Source: Saprolegnia diclina VS20 | Taxonomy: Eukaryota | Reading direction: 5' to 3' | NCBI RefSeq assembly: GCF_000281045.1 | Contig: NW_008246083.1 | Span: 289,219-325,837 of the forward strand | DNA: 36,619 bases | Shown: piece by piece, positions 1 to 10,649 of the stretch | How the letters are laid out: each line of letters starts with the position of its first letter | How positions within the stretch are numbered: position 1 is the stretch's first letter | Translations under genes and position numbers: made by a program | The notes under the pieces: model-generated | Seen by the model: only the letters and a program-made list of their open reading frames with translations | Told to the model about the DNA's origin: nothing | Databases searched by the model: none

Positions 1-1627
1 GCCTCGAATGCAACGCTGTACGACGTCACATACTCAACGTCTCTCATCTCACACAATATAGGCGGCGAGCATGCAGTCGGGCAGTCCGGGCGGCGTGAGC
101 ATCACAAACGAAGAATACCCCAACTGCATCAAGGACATTCTGTTCCAGATCCAGAATCACACCGAGGCGTTCTCCGTCACGAGCGCCGCGTACGACGTCA
201 AGAGCATCATCGAGTCGGCGCAGGCGTCGAAGGAGGTGTACGTCTACGCGCTCAGCTACGGCACGTTCCTCGTCGAGCGGCTCATGCAGCTCCAGTCACC
301 CGAGATCAAGGGCTACATCGTCGACAGCATCGTGTCGCAGAGCAGCCCGAGCTTCAAGAGCATGTCGACCTTCTCGAACTGGGACCGCGACGTGGCCAAG
401 GTCGGCAACCGCTTCTTGGATCTCTGCCAAAAAGATGCGTTCTGCGGCGCCAAATTCCAAGGCCGGAACGTCACGGACGTCGCGTGGGCCGTCTACGACA
501 AGCTGGACCGCGAGTACGGCACAAATGTCAACCAGTGCGCCGACCTCATGCTGCAGATCGGCGGCGCGCCGTCCCAGACGCTGCGGTCGCTCTTTGGCTC
601 GATGCTCATGAGTCAAATGTACCGCGAAATGATCCCCGCGCTCCTCTTCCGCTTTGACCGGTGCGCGCCCAAGGACGTCAAGGTGCTCCAGAGCTTCATC
701 GACATTTACATTCGCGAAGAAGGCCGGTGGGCGGCCAAGGCCTCGGACGAAGACCAGACCTTGTACTACTCGGAGCTTCTGTACGGGCTCATCGTCTACT
801 CGGAGATGTGGGAAACGCCAACGCCGTCGCAGTCGGAGCTCAAGGCAACCTTCGACGCCGGGCTCTTTGGTGGCGCCACGTACTCGCTCGTGGAGCAGTA
901 CTGTACGTTCACGGGGTCGCGCGATCCCAACTGCGCCGAGTTCAACCTCCCCAAGAGCCCGCCGTTCGTGTACGAGCGTGATCAGTACTTCAACAAGACG
1001 GCGAGCGTCCCGAGAGGCGCCACCGCGCTCCTCATGGCCGGCGGCTTGGACCCGCAGACGCGCTGGGGCTACGCGCGCGACGAGAACGCGTCGATGGTCG
1101 GGCCGCACCGGCTCATCGAGTTCCCGACGTCGGCGCACTGCACGACCTTTACGACTCGCATGAAGGCTGGCGGCACCACGTGTGGCGTCAAGATCCTCGC
1201 CTCGTACGTGCTCGGCGGCGGCAACCTCGACACGATCGACACGAGTTGCCAGTCGGACGTCATTGGCCTCAACTTTGGCGGCGTCGGCGCCGGCTGGCTC
1301 CGCTACTTTGGTGTGCTCGATGCCTTCGAGGACGATGCGACGGCGGGTGTGTTTGCCGCCGTCCAGTCGACGGCCGAGAGCGACGAAAACGATTCGCTAT
1401 GGGGCCTCGGCCAGGGCTACAGCCTCGCTGTGGCGTCGGCGGCCGTGGCCATGGGCGTGGTCGCCCTCGTCCTTGCCGTGCGCGTCTCTCGGCGCCAACC
1501 TGCACGGACAACAAAGACCACGGTGATGACAACCGAGTCGACCGAGAACGACGACGACGAGCTCATGACGCCGCCCGAGCAAGTCGCCGCGGTTGCGTCG
1601 CCGGCCGATACGGTCGCCATCGTTTAA
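1..1627 (+). CDS. Alpha/beta-hydrolase (S33/TAP-like serine peptidase) with C-terminal transmembrane helix; 5'-truncated by the window
   Basis: Exon 1-17 (LECNA), GT-AG intron 18-61, then the long ORF. Nucleophile motif YALSYGT, candidate catalytic Asp in GGLDPQT and His in SAHC, several Cys. Hydrophobic LAVASAAVAMGVVALVLAV is followed by basic residues and an acidic tail. Confidence 0.85.
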
Positions 1628-1669
1628 GGTAGATAAGACATGCGTTTTGACATAGCCATGTACAATGTG

Positions 1670-4600
1670 TCATTCGTGTTGCAGACGCAGAAACACGGGC
1701 ACGGGATTCATGTCGTGGGACGCACGGAACGCGTCTTCGAGCCACTGACCGTCGGTGGCATTGATCCTAGGCATATATGTACAATATTGTCCCTATATCA
1801 TGGACAATGTGTACACGAGGATCCATATATGAATCTCGCGCGGCGGCTCCAAGTATATCGGATGGTCTTCGTCGTGGTTGACGACAAGGATCCCTTTGGC
1901 GCCCATCTTTTGCACGGTCCTAGCGCACATATAGAAAAGGGCTATATAACCCAGCAATGGTATACATGGCCTTGTGAATGATATTGCACTTGCCACGCTT
2001 GACGACGACAACGGCGCCGCGACCGCGGACGCTGAGATCGTCCCGATGACACGCTGTCTGGAGCGGGTACGAGTGCACGAGCTGCAGCGGCGCAGTCGTC
2101 GCATTCACAAAGCGGTGCGGTCCCGTGTTGTTGACCTTCATGACGCGCTCGTGGCTGCCTACGAGGACGCGCATGGTCGTCGGCGACGGCTCCGAGGCTG
2201 GCCACGGCTGCAGAGGCGAGGCCGCGGGCTCTTGGACCCAGAGCGCGGTCCCTGCCGTCGGTCGCGATTGCAGCAGTGCATACAGCAGCTCGCCGTCGTC
2301 CTTGGCCATCCTACCGCCCGCTCAGTTTAGACCATCTTCCACTGCAGCTCGTACATGGCGACAGGGATCGTTGTTGGCGCGATGGCGGTGTTGGTAGTGG
2401 GAAAAGCGAGCGGGCCCGACTTGTGGTCGTTGATGAGAAGGAGGCCGCGGCGGCTTGCGTCCACAACCCGCTTGGCCTTTTCGGTAAACGCGCACACGCC
2501 TCGGAAGGCCAGCACGAGCGTCCCAGGCGTCGACGTTTGCAGCGCCGAGCACGCCGTGGACGGGCTTGCAACGACCACGACAACGCTCTCTGCAATCGCA
2601 TGCGCTGCACTCCAGTCGGCCACGACGAGCGGGAGGCTCCAGTTGCGCAGCATCACGTCGTTCGTAAAGGTGAGTGTGTGGCGCATGCGAACTGGAGCCG
2701 CGATCGTCACATTCGAGTGCGGGGACGTCTCAAAGACGAGTTGTTTGGGAAACGGGCCTGTCTCAAAGAGCACTTTGATGTCGGCGAGGGGTAGGGTCGT
2801 CACGTTGAGAACGTCGATGCCGACCAACGTCTCGAGCGGCAAAATGGTGACGTCGGTCCGGTTGGCGAGTAAACTGAGCGGCTGCACGTGCTGCACGATG
2901 GCTCCGACTTGGGCGTCCCGGTCCCACTCGATCCCGATCGCGCAGAGCGCCGCGATGCGCACCGCGTACCGCACGATGTGTCCATCCTTGCGGTGCCCCG
3001 CCAACGTCGAGAGAGGCACGGCCGCCCAGAACGCGTGCACCGGATCAACGACAACTTGTCCAGAATTAGCGACGACAACATTTGGTGTTGCGATCGCACA
3101 CGGCGGCGCATACAACACCAACCGCCGCGGGTTGCGCACGGTCTCGAACGTCTGTGCCATGCGCCGCGGCGGCAGCGTCGACACATTGATGCCGTTGATG
3201 TCGACCACGTGGTCGCCGAGACTCAGCACTTTGACGCGCTCGGCGGACGAGTTGGTCACAATAAGCTTGACAACAGACTGGTTGCCGAGGTCCATGTCCC
3301 ACCCAATGCCAATGGGCTGCGGCGGATTGCCCACGACGTTAAACTCGACGACGTAGTAAAAGCCACATCCGTTTTGACGCGCAGCGCTAATGTTGGCGTG
3401 CGGCAGCAACAAGAACCGCGTATCGGGCGCTGGCGCCACCGTCGCGTTGAGGACGGCGGCGGGGGCGGGCGGGGGCTCCTTGTAGCGGGAGAACGTGAGC
3501 GTCATTGGCCACGTCGCCGCCAAGTACGGTTTCTTGAGCTCTATCGGCCCCACACGCGAGACGTTGACCGTATTGATCGCTACCAAGTGGTCCTTGGGCT
3601 TGATGAGGCCCACGGCGGCCGCCGGCGAGAAGGAATCGACGTCTTCGACCACCGACTTGTCCACCACGGACGCATTCCACGAGATGCCAAGCCGCGTCCG
3701 GACGTCAAATGTCACCGAGTAGATGCTATCGTCAGTGCTGGGCGGTGGTGGCGGCGGTGGACTTGGCACTGGCTGCACAAGTACAACTGGAGGGGGTGGC
3801 ACGGGGGCCGGTGTCGGGATCGGGATCGGGGCAGCCACGGCGGGTGTCGTTGCATTTCTTTCTCCCTCGTCGTCGTCGTCCGCATCTTCGGTCTCGATGA
3901 TGCGCAACATTGACGGACGAGGCGCCTCGCTGGTTGAGAGATCGTCGCTCTCGAATCCCGTCGCCAGCGAAGCTCCAATCGAGTCGGTCGTGACAAACCG
4001 CCGGTACGTCACCGGCACGTCCTTGTACGCGGCCACGGCGTGGTCGGTTGCGATCAAGCGCAAGAGCGCGTCACGACGCCGCGTCAGCGTTGGTTCAAAG
4101 AGCAAATTGCGTGGCTCAAGGCGCGTGAGGCGCAAGAAGCCGCTGAGCACGTTCGCGTGTCCGTCACGAGTGTCGACGAGCGGGACGGCAAGAGGCGGCG
4201 CACCCGGTTGCATCACGCCTTCGACAATCTCGTCGAGCGGTGCGAGCGAGATCTCGACGCCGTCGACCGCCAAGAACGCATCACCGCGCTCCAGTGACAC
4301 AGGCGTGTCATTGTTACTACTCTGGAAAAACGCCAGGCGCAGCACCATCTGCCGCGTCGTGCGGTCGAACGCGGCGTGCATGACGCACATGCTTGTATTC
4401 GGCGCGAGGCACGCCGCTGCGGGAAGAGCGTCAAGGAACCCGCTGCGCCGTCGCACTCGGAGCGTCGTGGGTGCCATGACGTGGAGCTGTAGAAAGCCTT
4501 CGAGGCGCACCGCATCCTCGATCTCGGGCTCGTCGAGCTCCGTGAGCAATGGCACGATGAACGTCGAGTTGGGAGGCGTGTCTGCAATGGCGTCAAAGGA

Positions 4601-4858
4601 CAGCGTCGACATGGTCGCGTTGTCGACGCCGACGAGGCGGTCGGTGGTCTGCACGCCAAAGTCGCTTGCTTCGTCGTCGCATGATGGCTCGCTGCTTGGC
4701 TCGATGCGGTGGAGGACGAGGTGGACCTCCTCCGACGCGTTCAAAAGCACGGGCGAGAGCACGTAGCGCTCGGCGGCAAACGGCGCCTCAAAGTAGACGT
4801 AGGCGGGGACAAGGACGTGCAGGAGGAGCGCGCAGGCGAGGCGCAGGCCATGGCGCAT
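1670..4858 (-). CDS. Putative secreted protein with 3-4 PDZ-like domains, a Pro-rich linker and two PA (protease-associated) domains
   Basis: The 845-aa ORF (ATG at 4858) splices through three short introns to a TGA at 1670. N-terminal hydrophobic segment LACALLLHVLVPA. PDZ-like units: LGISW..KPKDHLVAIN, IGIGW..LGDHVVDING, IGIEW..ETLVGID. PA motifs: LVLAFRGVCAFTEKA..GLLLIND and VVVKRGKCNIIHKA..MGAKGILVVN. Confidence 0.75.
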
Positions 4859-5184
4859 GCTCACGCCTGTCGAAGATTCGTTTCGCTGCGTTTTTTGTTC
4901 AACCTATAAAACGCAATATGGTTTCATGTATGCTGCTCGTGCGCGTCGTTGGCGGATCTCGCAACGTCGATCGCTAGGTCCAGTGCACATATCGGCTCGT
5001 GCGCAGGCTGTCTTGCTGGGGACGCTGGAGCTTCTGGTAGCCGAGCGCAAGGCGGCCTACGACGGTCTTTTTGATTTGGCATCGGGTAAACTCGTTTATT
5101 GGCCAAAATGGCGTTCTTGAACACGAATTTGGACCAATGAGCACGCGATATAATCTCCGAGTTGCCACCTTGCACCAACGTGGC

Positions 5185-7060
5185 ATGGGCTTGACGCCAA
5201 AGGAGGCCTGCGCGTCAACGGGGCCGCGCTACGGTGCGGCGAGCGCTCTGCAACCTCTGGCCAACCATCGATTTTAGGCTACTTGTCGCCATGGAGCGAT
5301 CCACGCCTCGAATTTCGCCAGCTCCGCGTCGTCAACGACGCCAAGACGCTCTTCCATGTGACCGCCATGCGACCCTGCGCACAGGTCTTACGATTCGCCG
5401 TGCGTAGGCAGGCTGCCATGCGTGCGAAACCACGATGGCGTCCGCGCTCGATGCGTCGATGGGGCGTTTGCAGCTGCATGTGCCGACGTCGATCGGTGTC
5501 TTGCCTAACGTCTCGCTCCAGCTTCAGGTCCACAGCCACGCCCGTCTCGCCGACCTGCGGATCATTCAGTGCTTCTACTTTGGTCCGAACGATGTCATTG
5601 TGCTGGACAATTCACTCGGCTGTGTCCCAGCGCACGTGACGCACCGCTGGGGCCTTCCATGGCGCAGCGCCTTCTTCGAGCGTCCACTACATCAGGCCGA
5701 GAGTGTCCCAAGCGACATCTTTGTATTTGAACGCGGCTCGCTCTTCCTGCACATGCGGGTCGATGTATGGTTCTTTGACCAAGCCAGTGAGAGTACTCGG
5801 CTCTGCGACAGCATCCGCGATGGCTTTGCCCACCTCGTGCTCGAGAGCTTGCACCGCGGCGTCCTCTCGGTGCCATTTTCCCTGAAATCGTACAACAGCC
5901 GACATGACGTGTGCACATGCTAGTGGCCTCAACCGCCGCCAGCGCTGCACGAGGCCGTCCGGAAGCGGTACCCGACTCTTCTCTCGCTCCTGCTCGATCA
6001 CAGTATACCTGTCGACACCTACGATGCGGTATCGCCGCACTTGAGTATCGAGTATCGACGCTGACCAAGCGTAGAAAGCCCGCACGGCGCTGCTTGTGGC
6101 TGTTGAAGACGACGCCGAGGCCATGGCAGTGCTTCTGCTCCAGCGCGGCGCGGCGCCCAACAAGGAGGTATGCTTCGCATCGCACATTCGCTATAGGGCG
6201 AGCGATGGGGCGTAGACGGACGGTAGCTCGCCGCTCTTTCGAGCCATTCAACTAGGTCGGCTCTCGATGGTCGCGTGCATGCTGCAGCACAATCGACGCG
6301 CCGTCGTCGACGCGATTGCGCCGGCCAATGGCACCGACCCCGACAGCGTACGACGACGTCTGAGGTCGGTCGCGTCACGACGTTGCTTGTAGAGAAATCT
6401 CTCGGGCCTCATGTATGCATACCGGTGCAACCAACCAGAGATCGCAGAAGAGCTTTTGCAGGCCGGCGCGAGCGTCCTTGGGCCGGTGCGTGGATCGCAG
6501 CTTGCAATATTTAGCTCAAGTTCAATGAGTGTAGCCCACCGGCCACAGCAGCGTGCTCTACTACTGCGTCGCCTACCTTACGGATGAAGACACGCAGCAT
6601 GCGCATGTGAAGCGCCTCTTGGCGTTGGGCGCTGCCTGTGAGATCTACAAAGCGAGCTTCGTACGTCCTTCTCTACGAGCTCAACCAGTGACAGACGTTG
6701 CGGCGTCCATAGGTCAAGCCGAGCGCGATCGAACACGCGATTCGAGTCCGTGCGTACACGACGGTCGCGCTGCTTGTGTCGTATCCAGGCATGGCAGAGG
6801 ACCCGATTGCTGTACGACAGCAAACCAACACCTTTGGTCGGAGGCTGTACATGCAATGGTAGGTATCGTATCGGCCGACGCTGCACCGCCTTGCGATCGA
6901 ATGCGACGACGACGGACGCATGCTGCGCACGCTGCATCTGGAATACTACGAGAGCGACGAAGTCGACAACACGTCTGTCCGACACGTGCTGCACCTCAAG
7001 TGGCTCCGGCAAAACGTCGAGAGGCTGGCGCTCGAGGAACAGCACCACGAGTACCCGTAA
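5185..7060 (+). CDS. Ankyrin-repeat protein with uncharacterised N-terminal domain (paralogue 1)
   Basis: Spliced exons give MGLTPKEAC..GYLSPW..AGCHAC.., then ankyrin-like ALHEAVRKRYPTLLSLLLDH, TALLVAVEDDAEAMAVLLLQRGA, SPLFRAIQLGRLSMVACML and GLMYAYRCNQPEIAEELLQAGA; TAA at 7060. An alternative in-frame ATG lies at 5138. Confidence 0.75.
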
Positions 7061-7448
7061 TAATACCAACCCCGGTTGCAACCCACTATCTATTTCATGG
7101 CGCGATCAACTCGAATTGCGATACTGAAATGACAATACCGGTCTAGTCGGTGGTCGTTCTTGCTTGCCTTGCACACCGTACTCGGCAGGCGGCTACAAGT
7201 CTCGTATATCGTGGAGACTATGTCGTCCATACGAGAAAGTCCAGTCGCGGGAGACGAACGTACAAAGCCGCGAGCGTCTGACGCCAGGCGCGAGATCTTC
7301 AGCGCCAAATCAGCCGTCATTCTTGACAATCACCATCGTTCGCGATTGTTTCCTGTGTTTTCATTGGCCACAAGTCGCTGAGACAGCTCGGTGCCGATGA
7401 TTGTGGCATGCTGGGGCCGACGAACGTCAGTTTGCCTTTTGCTGGATC

Positions 7449-9876
7449 ATGCCGCTGCTTCTGAGCCAGGCGTTGTTGGCGACGCACCAGCGCTTGGGCT
7501 ACTACGCACCGTGGCGCAGCTGTCGCCTGTTGCTCTCGACGCTCGACGTCCTCAAGACGGGCCACACGTCGCCGCTTTGTCGCATGGGCTGCGACGTCTG
7601 TGGGCAGACGATGGACGAGTCCCTCGACGCCACCAACGGCACGCTCGTCCTCCATCTGCAGAAAGAGTTTGTGTGGCTCCACCAGCTCGCGTTCCAACTG
7701 CGCTTTCACGCTGTGACTGCTTTCACATGCTTGCGCCTCGTGCAGTGTCTCGACCTTCCGAATGGCCTCGTCGTCGTCCACGATGCGACGTATGGCGCCG
7801 TGGCCGCAGACTCGGACCACCTCTGGGTCATCGAGTGGGGCACGCTTCTCTCGAGCGCTGCAGCGGGCATCGAGCTGTGTCCCGGCGCCGCGGTCTCGGG
7901 GCACCTCTTCTATTTTGACGGCACCACGCTCGTGCTGCACCAGCGCTGCGAGATCATGCTCGCCGACGACCCATCCGACAGCGAGGACCTTGCCGCTGCG
8001 GTCGACGACGGACTTGCTATCGCCCTCCTCGAGCGCCTCCACCAGCAACGTTTCATGGTCTGCACAAGTCCAATATGGTTCCCTTGTCTGAGCCATGCTC
8101 TAGAAAGCGGTGCTGTCGCCTGCGGTCCACCGCGCCGTCGCCAAGCGATACTGGCCCCTTCTCGACCTCCTCCTCTCGCACGGCGCCAGCATTGAAGCTG
8201 TCGACAAGGTCGTCGTCTCCCATCAACAGACGTCTCAATGTACGACCTCCGTAGAACTTTTACACGCCGTTGAGCAAGGCCGTGGCCGATGGGGACGAAG
8301 CCTGCGTCGAGGCGCTCGTGAAGCGGGGCGCATCACCCTTCAACCTCGTACCGAAATCCTAATGTCGTCGCCTCGGCCAACATGTTTGTAGGCGTCTGGC
8401 ATCTCGCCGCTCTTTGCTGCCATTCAACTCGGCCATCTCGGTATCACTCGCCTCCTCGTGGACGTGGACACGCCCAAGGCGCTGCTGCAATGCGTGCCCG
8501 TCGAGCGCCGCGAACTCTTCAACGTACAGTATCATCACATTTCCAAAGTATAATTCCTTGCGAACTGTAGCGGTCGGCGGTCTCGGCGCTCGGCTACGCC
8601 TACATTTGCAACCAGCCAGAGGTCGCGCTGCTGCTCTTGCACGCGGGCGCGTCGCCCTCGACAGTACGTCGACGCTCTGTGTTGACTATCAACTAAAGAT
8701 GTGTAGGACTCTGGCACGACGGTACTTGCGTCTTGCATTGGCCACGTCGAAAACCCGATCAATCGCATGACGCACGTCTTGGAGCTTCTCGACCGCGGTG
8801 CTGCCACCGACATCCACGTGCGCTCGTCGCTAGAGTCGTCGTCTGGTATGGACGACACGGCGATGGTCCGCGCGATCCAACGTTGCGACTACGACCTCGT
8901 GCGCCTTCTGATCGCTCGCCAGGATTACATCCCAGTGACTGCGGTACCTCTTCCGTGCACGAACGCGCGCGTCATCCTGACATGTCCTTAGAAAATTGCC
9001 ATGGAAGAGGCCGCCGCGGCCATCTCGGACAACGGGCGCATGCAGCACCTCATCGGCAGTACCAGCGACAGCGTTACTTGGCTCGAACTCCCCGAGCTTT
9101 TTGCAGCGATCCGAGACGGAGACGTCGCCCGTGTAAAGGAACTGGGCACCTCAGAGGACCTTTGCACGCGCCAGCAAATCTTTGCGCTGGGGCGACTCCC
9201 CACCTGCGTGCGCCCCCTACCCGGGGGCCCTCGAGGGGTACACAATACCCCAACTCAAGAGTCGAGCTCAGAGCCATGTAGATTGCCGTGACCGCGCTGA
9301 TGTTTGCCTACATTTCCAACCAGCCCGAGGTCGCACATGCGCTTCTCGAGGCTGGCGCCCGCGTGTGCATGGAGGTACTCGACATAAGACGACATTGGCG
9401 TGTGATCGACTAACTAATCGAGTGACAGGACGGCGAGGGCTCGGCGCTCTACTACTGCCTTGCTTGCGTCGAAGACGAAACCACTTGCATCGCCCACGTC
9501 TTGGAGCTCCTCGAGCGCGGCGCCAGCAGCGACATCACCAAGGTACAGAGTCGCCAAGAAATGAGTCTGAGTGGCTTTCTAGGGTGACGTGTCACCGCTG
9601 ACGTACGCGGAAGACGCCGACATGTTTTCCATTGTTGAAATTCTCTACGCGTACCTCGAGTCGGCCGTACGACGCTGTCTGCCGAGATTGGCCGAGGCCG
9701 CATGGCTTGGTGAACATGACAATGTTTCGCACCCGGCAAACGACACCACTGACGAGAGCGCGACCGCCTTCGGGTCCATCGAGCAGCACCATCCCGATGT
9801 GCCAGGCAGCTGCGATGCTGCAGACGATAGCGACGTCGATGAATGGGAGGTCGTGGAGCAGTACCACTCATCCTAG
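7449..9876 (+). CDS. Ankyrin-repeat protein with uncharacterised N-terminal domain (paralogue 2)
   Basis: First exon is homologous to paralogue 1. Ankyrin exons: AVHRAVAKRYWPLLDLLLSHGA, TPLSKAVADGDEACVEALVKRGA, SPLFAAIQLGHLGITRLLV, ALGYAYICNQPEVALLLLHAGA, ALMFAYISNQPEVAHALLEAGA, SPLTYAEDADMFSIVEIL. Acidic tail to TAG at 9876. Confidence 0.8.
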
Positions 9877-10649
9877 CCGTCGTACGAAAGTTGTGACTGC
9901 GCTGCTTTCTCCTTCCTCCTCCGCACCCCGGACAACAACGACTGCGTAAAGATGTGAAAGAAAGAGTAAAAAGGGAATGATATCAGAGAGCTTAGTATCG
10001 TCAAAATGTGCAACATAATCAGACGGCACTTCCAAATGTAAGCATTAGGTCTATCATTTTCATTCCCCTTACTAGACTACAAGCGATATCGAGTGAGTAA
10101 ATTGGCCCTCGTCAGGATAATTGTCCTCCTATGATTCAGAGTAATTCTAGAGATAATGGCAGTCATCGGGCGCGTTCTACTCGTCAACTAGTCTACGACA
10201 CCTCCAAATCTCAACTGGTCGCAAACGGCAAGGTCTGGGCGCGGTCAAGGCGTCCGCACCAGTCTTTTTTCAGCCAATCATCGTGCGACCTTTTCGTCAA
10301 CTTCGACCGCTGACCTCGTAACTTCGCTTTATAGCTTCGACAAACTCGTCATACATGATACGATCAAATGCTGGAGGTGTATTTCAGTTTCGGCATATGC
10401 CGCTTTGAAGATGGTAAGCGGATCAAATCCCCACTCCGTCGCTGCCAGTGCCATCGTCATTGCCGTGCGATGCACACGTATGGGCACATACATCTCAACG
10501 AGGATACATTGAGTTTGATCGGTTGCACAACGGCTGCATGGGACAATGTTGTCGCTCACTGGCCACCGTCGTCGGAATGTGCCGAATTTAAACGCTGGAA
10601 TGCCGAATTAGATGCGAAACTGCGCGAAGATTCGCAAACACCAGTGAAG

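Noticed and set aside
3738..3850. G-rich repeats (GGTGGTGGCGGCGG, GGGATCGGGATCGGG) as a possible G-quadruplex or repeat
   Set aside because: Fully explained by the Pro-rich linker codons on the minus strand.
296..4766. Long antisense or alternative-frame ORFs (e.g. 296-1138, 2355-3356, 2888-3913, 3723-4766)
   Set aside because: Shadow ORFs of GC3-rich real genes on the opposite strand, with no protein motifs.
8818..8833. GTGCGC..CTAG as a possible 16-nt intron at a position where related exons have introns
   Set aside because: Too short, removing it would shift the frame, and the frame reads through without splicing.
10368..10649. In-frame ORF extension upstream of folD
   Set aside because: Non-ATG start, no recognisable motif, and FolD homology begins at the ATG at 10650.
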